Source: Candidatus Rokuibacteriota bacterium (GTDB taxonomy: Bacteria; Methylomirabilota; Methylomirabilia; Rokubacteriales; DASRDR01). From it: DNA of 49,126 bases. The translations under genes and the position numbers were made by a program. The notes below the pieces were generated by a model. That model did no database searches and was not told the origin of the DNA. It saw nothing but the letters and a program-made list of their open reading frames with translations. Below are positions 1-10,215 of this stretch, in pieces. The stretch lies in assembly GCA_044866005.1 (NCBI GenBank), contig JBIOTN010000079.1, positions 1 through 49,126 on the forward strand, in the 5' to 3' direction. The first letter of the stretch is position 1, and every line of letters begins with the position of its first letter.

Positions 1-190
1 CGACCCACACCCACAGGGGGGCCGGCGTGATGCCGAACTTGTTGAAGAAGCCGACGTAGCCCTCCCAGGGGAACCCGTAGAAGGCGGGACCGAACAGCTT
101 CTGCGCCCCGTGCATGACGAAGATGAATGCCACGAAGAGCTGAAGGAGCAGGTGGCCCCACTTGCCGAGTCCGTCGAGCAGCTGCGCCAT
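1..190 (-). CDS. DoxX-family membrane protein (5' part; runs off the window edge)
   Basis: Not in the ORF track. The minus strand from ATG at 190 reads MAQLLDGLGKWGHLLLQLFVAFIFVMHGAQKLFG..., which has the DoxX-type FxxHGxQKLFG motif. A GGAGGG RBS lies upstream. Confidence 0.8.
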   Translation of the reverse strand, partial: MAQLLDGLGKWGHLLLQLFVAFIFVMHGAQKLFGPAFYGFPWEGYVGFFNKFGITPAPLWVWV

Positions 191-229
191 CCTGGGTTCC
201 CTCCCCACCCGGACGATCCGCCCGGGCCG

Positions 230-1078
230 TCAGCGCTTCCGCAACTCCACGCGGACCGACAGGCGGCCGATCCGCTCGATCTCCATCACGACCTCGTCGC
301 CGGCCTTGAGGGGTCCCACCCCGTCCGGCGTGCCGGTGGAGAGGAGGTCCCCCGGGTGGAGGGTCATGACGGCCGACGCGTACGCGATCAGCCGGGGAAC
401 GTTCCAGATCATGTCCCGGGTGTTGCCGTCCTGGCGGCGCTCGCCGTTGACCCAGAGCTGGAGCTGGAGGGCGTGCGGGTCGGGGATCTCGTCGGCCGTC
501 ACGAGGGCCGGCCCGACCGGCGTGAAGGTGTCGAACGACTTCCGGGTCGAGCGGTCCTCGTCCCCGCGCACCGTGATGTCCATCACGCCCGTGTAGCCGA
601 AGACGTACCGCAGGGCCTCGGCCTCACGCACGTCGCGCGCGGTCCGACCGATCACCACGCCCAGCTCCACCTCGTGGTCGGTGCGCCGGTCGGGGAACGG
701 CAGCTCGACGGTCGCGCCGGGACCCACCACCGACGAGGGGGCCTTGAGGAAGAGGCCGTACCGCTCGATGGCGTGGAGCTCGCCCTTGACCAGCGGGCGC
801 ATCTCCTCGATGTGGAGCCGGTAGTTGACGGGCGCCGCGATGACCTTGGTGGGGAAGACGACCGGCGCCGCCAGCCGCACGTCCGCGAGCGGCACGCCGG
901 GGCGACCACGGAGCGCCTCTTCCAGGCGCGGGCGCAGCCGGTCGAACGTGGCGATCAGGCGGAGCAGGAAGACCGGCGGCCAGTCCGGGCGGCCGGCGCC
1001 GGCGAGATCGCTCACGTCGGTCACCGCGCCGTCGCGGAGGAGGCCGAGCCGGTTGTCGTCGAAGACCACGAGCCTCAT
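230..1078 (-). CDS. Fumarylacetoacetate hydrolase family protein (candidate fumarylpyruvate/maleylpyruvate hydrolase)
   Basis: Motifs VNYRLH, FLKAPSS, DHEVELGVVIG, RKSFDTFTPVGP and LHPGDLLSTGTP. Adjacent to a gentisate dioxygenase-like gene. Confidence 0.9.
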   Translation of the reverse strand: MRLVVFDDNRLGLLRDGAVTDVSDLAGAGRPDWPPVFLLRLIATFDRLRPRLEEALRGRPGVPLADVRLAAPVVFPTKVIAAPVNYRLHIEEMRPLVKGELHAIERYGLFLKAPSSVVGPGATVELPFPDRRTDHEVELGVVIGRTARDVREAEALRYVFGYTGVMDITVRGDEDRSTRKSFDTFTPVGPALVTADEIPDPHALQLQLWVNGERRQDGNTRDMIWNVPRLIAYASAVMTLHPGDLLSTGTPDGVGPLKAGDEVVMEIERIGRLSVRVELRKR

Positions 1079-1132
1079 GAAAAGGGCCTCCGCCCGTCGT
1101 CCGGCCCCGGCTCCCGGGAGCGGGGCCCCGTC

Positions 1133-2245
1133 TCAGCCTTCGAAGCGTCGCGTGATCGGCTGGTGCCCGTCGTGCTCGGCGTACGCCTGCTCGCGATAGA
1201 GCCCCAGCGCCTGCATGACGGGCGTGTCCTGGACCGAGAAGAGGATCGCGCCCGGTCCGCCCGGGCCTTCCACGCTGGCGTGCTCGTGCCAGGTCCAGCT
1301 CGGGACCACGAAGAGGTCGCCCTGGCGCCAGTCGAAGCGCTGGCCGTCGATGACGCTCTGGCCGTGCCCCTCGAACGCCAGGTAGACGGCGCTGCCGGTA
1401 TGCCGGTGGGCCCGGGTCCGGACGCCGGGCCGGAGGAGCTGGATCCCGCAGGCGAGGGTCGGCATGAGGGGCCCCCCGGTGTGCGGGTTGATGTATTCGA
1501 GCGCCACGTCGTCGAAGGGGCTCGCCTCCGCCGTCGCCAGGCGGCGGAGCGCCTCCTCCGTCTGGGCCCACTTGTAGTTCAGGAGCGGCGAATGCGGGCC
1601 GACCCGGCGCTCCCAGCTCGGCCGGAGCTGGCCGATGCCGAAGCGGCGCTCGGAGTCCCCGGCCGGGCGCTCGAGCGGCTGCGCGTCGGCCGGGAACGGC
1701 TCGAAGAAGGTCGCCTCCATCTCGGCGACCAGCGGCAGGTCGAGCCCGTCGAGCCAGATCATCGGCTCGTCGGTCTCGTTGCCGTGATCGTGCCAGGTCC
1801 AGGGCGGCGTCAGGACGAGGTCGCCGCGCGCCATCACGCACTTGTCGCCGTCGACGGTGGTGAAGGCGCCCCGGCCCTCGAGGACGAAGCGGATCGCCGC
1901 GGGGGAGTGCCGGTGGGCCGGGGCGACCTCCCGCGGCAGCAGGTACTGGAACCCGGCCCACAGCGTGTGGGTCGCGCCGTAGCGCGCCGGCAGGCCGGGG
2001 TTGATGAAGCCGAGGACCCGGCGCTCCGCGCCCCGGGAGAGCGGCGCCAGCTCGCCAGCCCGCTTGACGAGCGGCAGCAGCGTCTCCCAGCGCCAGAGGT
2101 GCGGGACCGCGCGGCTCTTCGGCTCGCGGGGCAGCAGGTTCGAGGTGACGTTCCAGAGCGCGACCAGGTGCTGGCGCTCCAGCTCGCGGTAGAACGCCTG
2201 GGCCTCGGCGGTCGGCGTGGTCGTGGCGGTGGGTCGACTCTCCAT
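1133..2245 (-). CDS. Gentisate 1,2-dioxygenase-like bicupin ring-cleaving dioxygenase
   Basis: AERRVLGFINPG, APAHRHSPAAIRF, LTPPWTWHDHGN, WLDGLDLP, and a second cupin with AHRHTGS...VPSWTWHEH. Confidence 0.88.
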   Translation of the reverse strand: MESRPTATTTPTAEAQAFYRELERQHLVALWNVTSNLLPREPKSRAVPHLWRWETLLPLVKRAGELAPLSRGAERRVLGFINPGLPARYGATHTLWAGFQYLLPREVAPAHRHSPAAIRFVLEGRGAFTTVDGDKCVMARGDLVLTPPWTWHDHGNETDEPMIWLDGLDLPLVAEMEATFFEPFPADAQPLERPAGDSERRFGIGQLRPSWERRVGPHSPLLNYKWAQTEEALRRLATAEASPFDDVALEYINPHTGGPLMPTLACGIQLLRPGVRTRAHRHTGSAVYLAFEGHGQSVIDGQRFDWRQGDLFVVPSWTWHEHASVEGPGGPGAILFSVQDTPVMQALGLYREQAYAEHDGHQPITRRFEG

Positions 2246-2256
2246 GGTCTCTCGCC

Positions 2257-3318
2257 TCAGCGGAAGTGCGGCATCACGTGGCGGGCGAACAGCTCGATGC
2301 TCCGGCGCGCCTTCGCCTTCTCCATCATGCCGAAGTTGATCTGGAAGCTCGGGTAGACCTCACCGAACGTCTCCCGGATGTAGGTGAGCTGCCGGGCCAC
2401 GTCGTCGGGATCGCCGATGATGGCGCGCGTCTCGTCCAGCACGCGCTCGAAGGTGATGTCGTTCAGCATCTGCTCGAGCGCCGAGTAGGGCTTGTACTGG
2501 CCGGACTGCCGTCCCGTCCACGATTTGGCCGAGGCGCGGAAGTTCCGGAGGTACTGCTCCATGTAGGGCCGGCACTCCTCGCGCGCCTGCCGCCGGGTGG
2601 GCGCCACGTAGAGGTGGAGGACCATCATGACCTCGCCCGGCCCCTTCCGCGCCTCGTGCCCGTGCTCGCGATAGTGCCGGCGATAGAGCTGGAGCTTCTC
2701 CGCCAGCTCGTGGTGCTCGCCGAGGTACGGGACCACCATCATGTTGTAGCCGCGCTGGCCCGTCCACACGAACGATTCCGGGCTCACGACGGCGGCGATC
2801 CAGATGGGCGGATGGGGCTGCTGGGTCGGGCGCGGCAGGGAGGTCACGTCCCGGAAGCGGTGGAACTTCCCCTCGAACGTGACGTACTCCTCGGTCCACA
2901 GGCGGGTGAGCGCGTCGATCCCCTCCTCGAACCGGGCGCGGCTCTCCTCCATCGAGACGCCGAAGGCGTCGAACTCGTAGGGAAGGAAGGCGCGCGCGAT
3001 CCCCGCGTCCAGGCGGCCGCCGCTGATCGCGTCGAGCATGGTGAGCTGGCCGGCGAGCTTGAGGGGATGGTTGAACACCGGCAGCACGGCGCCCGTCACG
3101 AGCCGCATGCGCCGGGCGCGCTGGCTGCAGGCCGCCAGGAAGAGGCAGGGGTCCGGGCTGTAGCCGCCGTAGGAGGTGAAGTAGTGCTCCACGATCTTCA
3201 CGCTGTCGTAGCCGAGGTCGTCGGCCTCTTCCGCCAGGTCGAGGACGTCGGCGAAGTACTGCTGGCCGGAGACCCGGTCGGGGTGGGCGTCCGGGAAGTA
3301 GTCGATCCCGAACTTCAT
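2257..3318 (-). CDS. LLM-class (luciferase-like) flavin-dependent oxidoreductase/monooxygenase
   Basis: MKFGI start, AEEADDLGYDSVKIVEHYF, LDAISGGRLDAGIAR, PRPTQQPHPPIWIA, and a C-terminal SIELFARHVMPHF. Confidence 0.9.
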   Translation of the reverse strand: MKFGIDYFPDAHPDRVSGQQYFADVLDLAEEADDLGYDSVKIVEHYFTSYGGYSPDPCLFLAACSQRARRMRLVTGAVLPVFNHPLKLAGQLTMLDAISGGRLDAGIARAFLPYEFDAFGVSMEESRARFEEGIDALTRLWTEEYVTFEGKFHRFRDVTSLPRPTQQPHPPIWIAAVVSPESFVWTGQRGYNMMVVPYLGEHHELAEKLQLYRRHYREHGHEARKGPGEVMMVLHLYVAPTRRQAREECRPYMEQYLRNFRASAKSWTGRQSGQYKPYSALEQMLNDITFERVLDETRAIIGDPDDVARQLTYIRETFGEVYPSFQINFGMMEKAKARRSIELFARHVMPHFR

Positions 3319-3445
3319 GAGATCCTCCGCCGCGCCGAGGGGGCCGCCCGCATGGGGCGCCGCGCGCGATGGCTCGGCCGGCCGAACGCCGCCAAGCGGA
3401 AGGCTCGGAGCGGGGGCGCCCCGAGCGGACTCTGTGGTGCAAAAA

Positions 3446-3475
3446 AGCTTAGCGTGGGAGGCGGAATCGGGTCAA
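3446..3475 (-). promoter_or_regulatory. Putative sigma70 promoter for the aromatic-catabolism operon
   Basis: Minus strand TTGACC-N18-TAAGCT, about 130 bp upstream of the LLM gene start. Confidence 0.5.
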
Positions 3476-3564
3476 GGACGGCCGGGCCGCCGCGCCGGCG
3501 CGAGCGGTCGAGCCCGCGCCGACCCATTGGCTCCTGTCGGACCGTGGTGCCGCGATCGCCGCTT

Positions 3565-3593
3565 TTGCTCGGGGCCGAGGGCTCTGGTACACT
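3565..3593 (+). promoter_or_regulatory. Putative sigma70 promoter for selC (extended -10)
   Basis: TTGCTC-N17-TACACT with TG one base before the -10 box, 26 nt upstream of the tRNA. Confidence 0.6.
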
Positions 3594-3619
3594 GCAACGT
3601 GCCGTTTTTCCTCGCGGAA

Positions 3620-3717
3620 GGAAGCGCATAGGATCCCGGTGGGCCTCCCGGACTTCAAATCCGGTGTCGGGCTCTAGACAAGCTCGAGGTGGGTTCGACT
3701 CCCACGCGCTTCCGCCA
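3620..3717 (+). tRNA. selC: tRNA-Sec (anticodon TCA)
   Basis: 8-bp acceptor stem GGAAGCGC/GCGCTTCC, discriminator G and encoded CCA. Anticodon arm CCGGA-CTTCAAA-TCCGG (TCA at 3655-3657). Long variable arm TCGGGCT/AGCTCGA. T-arm GTGGG-TTCGACT-CCCAC. D-loop CGGT. selA and selB lie downstream. Confidence 0.97.
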
Positions 3718-3735
3718 CCTGGTAGGGAGGGCTGG

Positions 3736-4320
3736 ATGACCAAGGTCGGGAAGGGTGCGAAGGGCTCGGGGCGCGTCGGCGCGAAGCCGCCGCGAAGCGC
3801 GGTCGGCGCGCTCACGCGCCGGCAGCGCCGGCGGCTCGGCTGGGCCGCGGCGGCGCTGGGCGCGCTCCTCGTCGTCGCCGCGGGCGGCTGGCTGTACGCC
3901 CGGACGCGGCCCGCGCCGGGGGAGTTCGTGCCGAGCCTCGGGAACGCCCACATCCAGAGCCCCGACTCGCCGCACGAGCCGTACAACTCGGAGCCGCCGA
4001 CCTCGGGCGCGCATCTCCCGTACATCGCGCCGTGGGGCGTTCACACCCGGGCGATCCCGAAGGAGCTCCAGGTCCACAACCTCGAGGACGGCGGGGTGGT
4101 CGTGAACTACCGGCCGACCTGCGCCGACCAGGTGCTGGAGGCGCTCAAGACGATCGTCGCGCGCTACGCCGACCACGTGCTCCTGGCCCCGTATCCGGGG
4201 CTCGACCGCTGCATCGCGCTGACCGCGTGGACGCGGATCGAGAAGCTCGATGCCGTGGACGAGCGCCGGATCGTCCGCTTCATCGACGCCTACCGCGGCA
4301 TCGACCACCACGCGCGCTGA
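3736..4320 (+). CDS. DUF3105-like membrane-anchored protein
   Basis: GGGAGG RBS then ATG at 3736. Basic N-terminus and one TM helix, followed by H...YNSEPPTSGAH, VHNLEDGGVV and IALTAW, which I recognise as DUF3105 motifs. Confidence 0.8.
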   Translation: MTKVGKGAKGSGRVGAKPPRSAVGALTRRQRRRLGWAAAALGALLVVAAGGWLYARTRPAPGEFVPSLGNAHIQSPDSPHEPYNSEPPTSGAHLPYIAPWGVHTRAIPKELQVHNLEDGGVVVNYRPTCADQVLEALKTIVARYADHVLLAPYPGLDRCIALTAWTRIEKLDAVDERRIVRFIDAYRGIDHHAR

Positions 4321-4323
4321 CCG

Positions 4324-4809
4324 ATGGGCCGTCTCGCTCGCGCGTCGCACCTGCTCGCGCTCGTCCTGCTCGGTCTCGGCGCGTGCGGCCGGCCCTACGT
4401 GGCGCCGCTCCTGCCCGGCCCGTATCGGGAGCGGATCGACGCGCCCTACGACGCGGTCTGGCGGGCGCTCGTCCGGGCGCTGGCGCGCGAGAACGTCCAG
4501 GTGCGGGCGATCGCGCGGGACTCGGGGGTGATCGCGTCCGAGGCGGTGCCCACGACGATCGGCCTCTACGCCGATTGCGGGCGCTACGGTGAGCAGCGCG
4601 TCGAGGGGGACGCCCAGGTGGCGTACACGATCTTCGTGGAGGCGCTGACGCCGAGCGAGACAGCCGTCCAGGTCAACACGCGGATGCGGACCGACCGGTA
4701 CGCGCGAGGGAACGGGACCCCGAAGGCCCGGCCGCCCTTGGCCTGCGCCTCCACCGGCCGCTGGGAGGCGAACCTGCTCGACACCGTGCGCGCGCTCCTC
4801 CGGCCCTGA
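4324..4809 (+). CDS. Uncharacterised lipoprotein
   Basis: Signal peptide with LGAC lipobox. The 'APYDAVWRALVRAL...DSGVIAS' segment resembles helix-grip (BamC-like) lipoproteins. Two further Cys residues. Confidence 0.7.
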   Translation: MGRLARASHLLALVLLGLGACGRPYVAPLLPGPYRERIDAPYDAVWRALVRALARENVQVRAIARDSGVIASEAVPTTIGLYADCGRYGEQRVEGDAQVAYTIFVEALTPSETAVQVNTRMRTDRYARGNGTPKARPPLACASTGRWEANLLDTVRALLRP

Positions 4810-4810
4810 G

Positions 4811-5098
4811 ATGGCCGGTCCGGACGCCTGGGAGACGATCCGGTCGCGCGTGGCGGCCCTCATCGCGCGCCGCGAGGCCGTGCTCGACGAGACCGCGGTC
4901 GCCTGGGCGCGCTTCGCCCGCCGGCAGGGCTGGACCCGGAGCGACGTCGAGTGTCTGTGGGAAGGGCTGACCGAAGACCTGGTGCGCCGTTACGCCGCGG
5001 CGACCTCCGCCCACACCGCGGAGGACGTCGTGACCACGATGGCCGCCCTCCGGACGAAGATCGTCGCGGCCCTCGAGGATCCCGGAGCCGACCCGTGA
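4811..5098 (+). CDS. Small hypothetical protein (95 aa)
   Basis: Fills the gap between the lipoprotein gene and selA. Normal GC3-rich codon usage. Its TGA overlaps the selA GTG (GTGA). Confidence 0.65.
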   Translation: MAGPDAWETIRSRVAALIARREAVLDETAVAWARFARRQGWTRSDVECLWEGLTEDLVRRYAAATSAHTAEDVVTTMAALRTKIVAALEDPGADP

Positions 5099-6513
5099 GC
5101 GAGCCGACCCTCGCGGGGCTCCGCCGGGCGCGGCTGCGGGCGCTCCCCTCGGTGGACGAGGTCCTGCGCGAGCTCGACGGGCAGGAGACCGTGCCGCGGC
5201 CGCGGGTGGTCGAGGCGGTCCGCGCACTGCTCGACGAGTGCCGGCGGGCGGTCCTCGCGGCGGGGAGCCCGGAAGAGCTCGGGCGGCTCGCCCTCGAGCC
5301 GCCCGCGCTCCGGGCACGGCTCGAGGCACGGCTCGTCGAGGCGGCGGCCTGGCGCCTCGACCGCCTGGTCAACGCGACGGGGGTGGTGCTCCACACCAAC
5401 CTCGGCCGCGCGCCGCTCTCGGACGCCGCCCTGGAGCGCCTGACCGTCGTCGGGCGGCACTACTCGAACCTCGAGCTGGACGTCCCCACCAAGGAGCGGG
5501 GATCCCGCTACAGCCACGTGGACCCGCTCCTCTGCCGCCTCACGGGCGCCGAGGCCTCGCTCGTGGTGAACAACAACGCCGCCGCGGTCCTCCTCGCCCT
5601 CGAGTCGCTGGCGCGCGGGCGCGAGGTGGTCGTCTCGCGCGGCGAGCTGATCGAGATCGGCGGGGCCTTCCGGATCCCCGACATCATGGCGCGCTCGGGC
5701 GCGCGCCTCGTCGAGGTAGGGACCACGAACCGGACGCGGGTCGCCGACTACGCCGACGCGGTCGGGCCCGAGACGGCGCTGCTCCTGAAGGTCCACCCCT
5801 CGAACTACCGGATCGTCGGCTTCACGGAGACGGTCACGACCGCCGAGCTCGCGGAGCTCGGCCGCGCTCGGGGCGTGGCCGTGATGGAGGACCTCGGCTC
5901 GGGCTCCTTCGTCGACCTGCGCCCCCATGGCTTCCCGCACGAGCCGACGGCGCCCGAGACCGTCGCGGCCGGCGCCGATCTCGTCACCTTTTCCGGCGAC
6001 AAGCTTCTCGGAGGGCCCCAGGCGGGGATCGTCGTGGGGCGCCGCGCCCTGGTGGAGCGGCTGCGCAAGAACCCGCTGAACCGCGCGCTTCGCATCGACA
6101 AGCTCACGCTGGCCGCGCTCGAGGCCACGCTCCGCGCCTACGAGGACCCCGCGCGCGCCCTGCGCGAGCTGCCGACGCTTCGCATGCTGACCGAGCCCGA
6201 GGCGGCGGTGCGCCGCCGCGCCCAGCGCTGCCTCCGGAGCCTGCCGGCGGCCGTTCGCGCGGCGCTGGGGGCCCGCGTGGTCAGCGAGCGGGCCCAGGTG
6301 GGGGGCGGAGCGCTGCCGCTCGTGGCGCTGCCGACGGCCGCCGTCGCCCTGGGGACCGCCGCGCACCCGCCGGAGACCCTCGACGCGCGGCTGCGCGCCC
6401 GCCGTCCGGCGGTGATCGGCCGGATCGCGGAGGACCGGCTCCTCCTCGACTTCCGGACCGTGGCGGACGACGACGTGGCCCTGGTGATCGATGCCCTCCG
6501 CGCGCTCGTCTGA
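5095..6513 (+). CDS. selA: L-seryl-tRNA(Sec) selenium transferase
   Basis: LPSVD, VNATGVVLHTNLGRAPL, VVNNNAAAV, SRGELIEIGGAFRIPD, EVGTTNRT, and the PLP-lysine motif FSGDKLLGGPQAG. Confidence 0.97.
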   Translation: MSEPTLAGLRRARLRALPSVDEVLRELDGQETVPRPRVVEAVRALLDECRRAVLAAGSPEELGRLALEPPALRARLEARLVEAAAWRLDRLVNATGVVLHTNLGRAPLSDAALERLTVVGRHYSNLELDVPTKERGSRYSHVDPLLCRLTGAEASLVVNNNAAAVLLALESLARGREVVVSRGELIEIGGAFRIPDIMARSGARLVEVGTTNRTRVADYADAVGPETALLLKVHPSNYRIVGFTETVTTAELAELGRARGVAVMEDLGSGSFVDLRPHGFPHEPTAPETVAAGADLVTFSGDKLLGGPQAGIVVGRRALVERLRKNPLNRALRIDKLTLAALEATLRAYEDPARALRELPTLRMLTEPEAAVRRRAQRCLRSLPAAVRAALGARVVSERAQVGGGALPLVALPTAAVALGTAAHPPETLDARLRARRPAVIGRIAEDRLLLDFRTVADDDVALVIDALRALV

Positions 6514-6517
6514 GTCC

Positions 6518-8410
<1,893 letters not shown>

Positions 8411-8414
8411 CTTT

Positions 8415-8482
8415 TCGGGGGGGTCTCGGGAGATCCCCCCGATGCCCCCCCCCCGAGGCGCCGGCGATGCCGGCGCTCGGAG
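8415..8482 (+). repeat. Bipartite hairpin repeat family A, copy 1
   Basis: TCGGGGGGGTCTC-ggga-GATCCCCCCGA, a C-tract, GCGCCGGC-gat-GCCGGCGC, then TCGGAG. Same layout as copies at 17003, 22604 and 34462. Confidence 0.7.
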
Positions 8483-8637
8483 AGGAACCCTGTGAGGGCT
8501 TGCGGTCGGGCGGTCGGAGGACCTGGGGGCCGACGGCATCGGCCCTGCCTCCCCCGGGGAGGCGAGATGGGCTGACTCGCCGGGGACGGGACAGGGCCTG
8601 CCTGCCCCCGACGGGGAAGGGCCGGGGAGCATCGCGA

Positions 8638-9834
8638 ATGAAGCGGGGGGGCTTCGTGCTGGTGGTCGCCTGCGGCGCCCACTTCCTCCACGACGGCTTC
8701 TCCGACGCCCTCTACCTCTTCCTCCCGCTCTGGGCCGCCGAGTTCGGCCTGAGCTTCGCCCAGGTCGGGATCATCCGCGCGGCCTACACGGGCGGCATGG
8801 CGCTCTTCCAGCTCCCCGCCGGCGTGCTGGCGGAGGGGTGGGGCGAGCGGCGACTCCTCGGGGCGGGCACCGCGATCACCGCTGCCGGGTTCGTCGCGGC
8901 GGCAGGCGTGGGCGGCTTCGCGCCACTGCTGTCGCTGCTGCTCGTGGCCGGCCTCGGCTCGGGTGTCCAGCATCCGCTGGCCTCGTCGCTCGTCTCGCAA
9001 GCCTACGAGCGCGGCCCACGCCGAGCCGCGCTCGGGACCTACAACTTCGCCGGCGACCTCGGGAAGATCGCGGTGTCCGCGACCATGGCCGTCGCCGTGG
9101 CGGTCGTCGGCTGGCGCGCGGCGGGCGCGGCGTACGGCAGCCTCGGCCTCGTCGCGGCGCTCGGCCTCGTTCTGGCGCTCGGGCGGCTCGGCGCGGGGGA
9201 CGCCCCGCGGGCGGCCGCGGGACCGGTGGCGCCCGCGGCCGGCTGGGGGATCCGCGACCGGCGGGGGTTCGGCGCGCTCTCCGCCATCGGCGTCATCGAC
9301 AACGCCACCCGCAGCGGCTTCCTCACCTTCCTGCCGTTCGCGCTCCTCGCGAAGGGCGCGACCCTCACGGGCGTGGGCGGCGCCCTCGCGCTCGTCTTCG
9401 CGGGGGGCGCCACCGGGAAGTTCGTCTGCGGGCTCCTCGCGGAGCGGGTCGGCGTGATCCGGACCGTCGTGCTGACCGAGGCGGCGACGGTGGCGGGGAT
9501 CTTCGCGGTGCTGCTGGCCCCCCTGCCGGCGCTGCTGGCGGTGCTCCTGCCCTTCGGCATCGCGCTCAACGGGACGTCCTCGGTGCTCTACGGGACCGTC
9601 GCCGAGCTGGTGCGACCCGAGCGGCGCTCGCGCGCCTTCGGCCTCTACTACACGCTGAGCGTGGGCGCCTCGGCCCTGGCCCCCCCCGTCTACGGCCTGG
9701 TGAGCGACGCCGCCGGCGTGCCCGCGACGCTCGGCGCCATCGGGACGGTCGGCCTCGCCGCCATCCCGCTCTGCCTGGCGCTGCGCTCCGCGGTCGCGGC
9801 GCCGGGCGGCGCCCGGGCGGGCCGCTGGATTTGA
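8638..9834 (+). CDS. MFS transporter (Fsr/fosmidomycin-resistance-like)
   Basis: GGGGAG RBS and ATG at 8638. CGAHFLHDGFSD, GSGVQHP, ALGTYNFAGDLGK, about 12 hydrophobic segments. Confidence 0.85.
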   Translation: MKRGGFVLVVACGAHFLHDGFSDALYLFLPLWAAEFGLSFAQVGIIRAAYTGGMALFQLPAGVLAEGWGERRLLGAGTAITAAGFVAAAGVGGFAPLLSLLLVAGLGSGVQHPLASSLVSQAYERGPRRAALGTYNFAGDLGKIAVSATMAVAVAVVGWRAAGAAYGSLGLVAALGLVLALGRLGAGDAPRAAAGPVAPAAGWGIRDRRGFGALSAIGVIDNATRSGFLTFLPFALLAKGATLTGVGGALALVFAGGATGKFVCGLLAERVGVIRTVVLTEAATVAGIFAVLLAPLPALLAVLLPFGIALNGTSSVLYGTVAELVRPERRSRAFGLYYTLSVGASALAPPVYGLVSDAAGVPATLGAIGTVGLAAIPLCLALRSAVAAPGGARAGRWI

Positions 9835-9859
9835 CACCCCTCCGGCCCGGGCGTAAGGT
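9831..9859 (+). promoter_or_regulatory. Putative sigma70 promoter for tatA
   Basis: TTGACA-N17-TAAGGT. The TGA inside the -35 box is the stop codon of the upstream MFS gene. Confidence 0.65.
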
Positions 9860-9913
9860 AAGGGCACTCGCATCTCGTCGCGCCCCGCGCGCGCGATCGG
9901 ACAGGGGGTCCGC

Positions 9914-10099
9914 ATGTTCGGGATCGGCTACCAGGAGCTGATGATCATCCTCGTCATCGTCCTGCTCCTGTTCGGGGCGCAGAAGCTCCCCGAGCTGGCG
10001 CGGGGCCTCGGCAAGAGCGTCTCGGAGTTCAAGAAGGGCCAGGCCGAAGACGAGCCCATGAAGTCGGAGAAGACCACGGAAGACAAGAAGAGCGTCTGA
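9914..10099 (+). CDS. tatA: Twin-arginine translocase TatA/TatE subunit
   Basis: [42 protein letters not shown], the TM-FG hinge-amphipathic helix layout. Confidence 0.95.
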   Translation: MFGIGYQELMIILVIVLLLFGAQKLPELARGLGKSVSEFKKGQAEDEPMKSEKTTEDKKSV

Positions 10100-10215
10100 T
10101 CCCCGCCTCCTCCGGGCCCTTCCGGGTCCGCCGCCCGTGCCGGGCGGCCGCTCCTCGTCGCTCCCGCGTGCTATAGTCGAGCTGGAGCCGCCCCGCGGCC
10201 CCGCCCTCGCGTCGA

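Noticed and set aside
3700..3740. selC as the integration site of a genomic island
   Set aside because: No integrase, no duplicated tRNA 3' end noticed in the window, and no compositional shift downstream.
4318..4326. In-frame TGA-CCG-ATG joining the DUF3105 gene to the lipoprotein gene inside the Sec operon, suggesting possible Sec read-through
   Set aside because: No convincing SECIS hairpin follows the TGA. The TGA falls at the natural end of the domain, and the second ORF begins with its own signal peptide and lipobox. A bSECIS search and homologue alignment (Cys at this position) would settle it.
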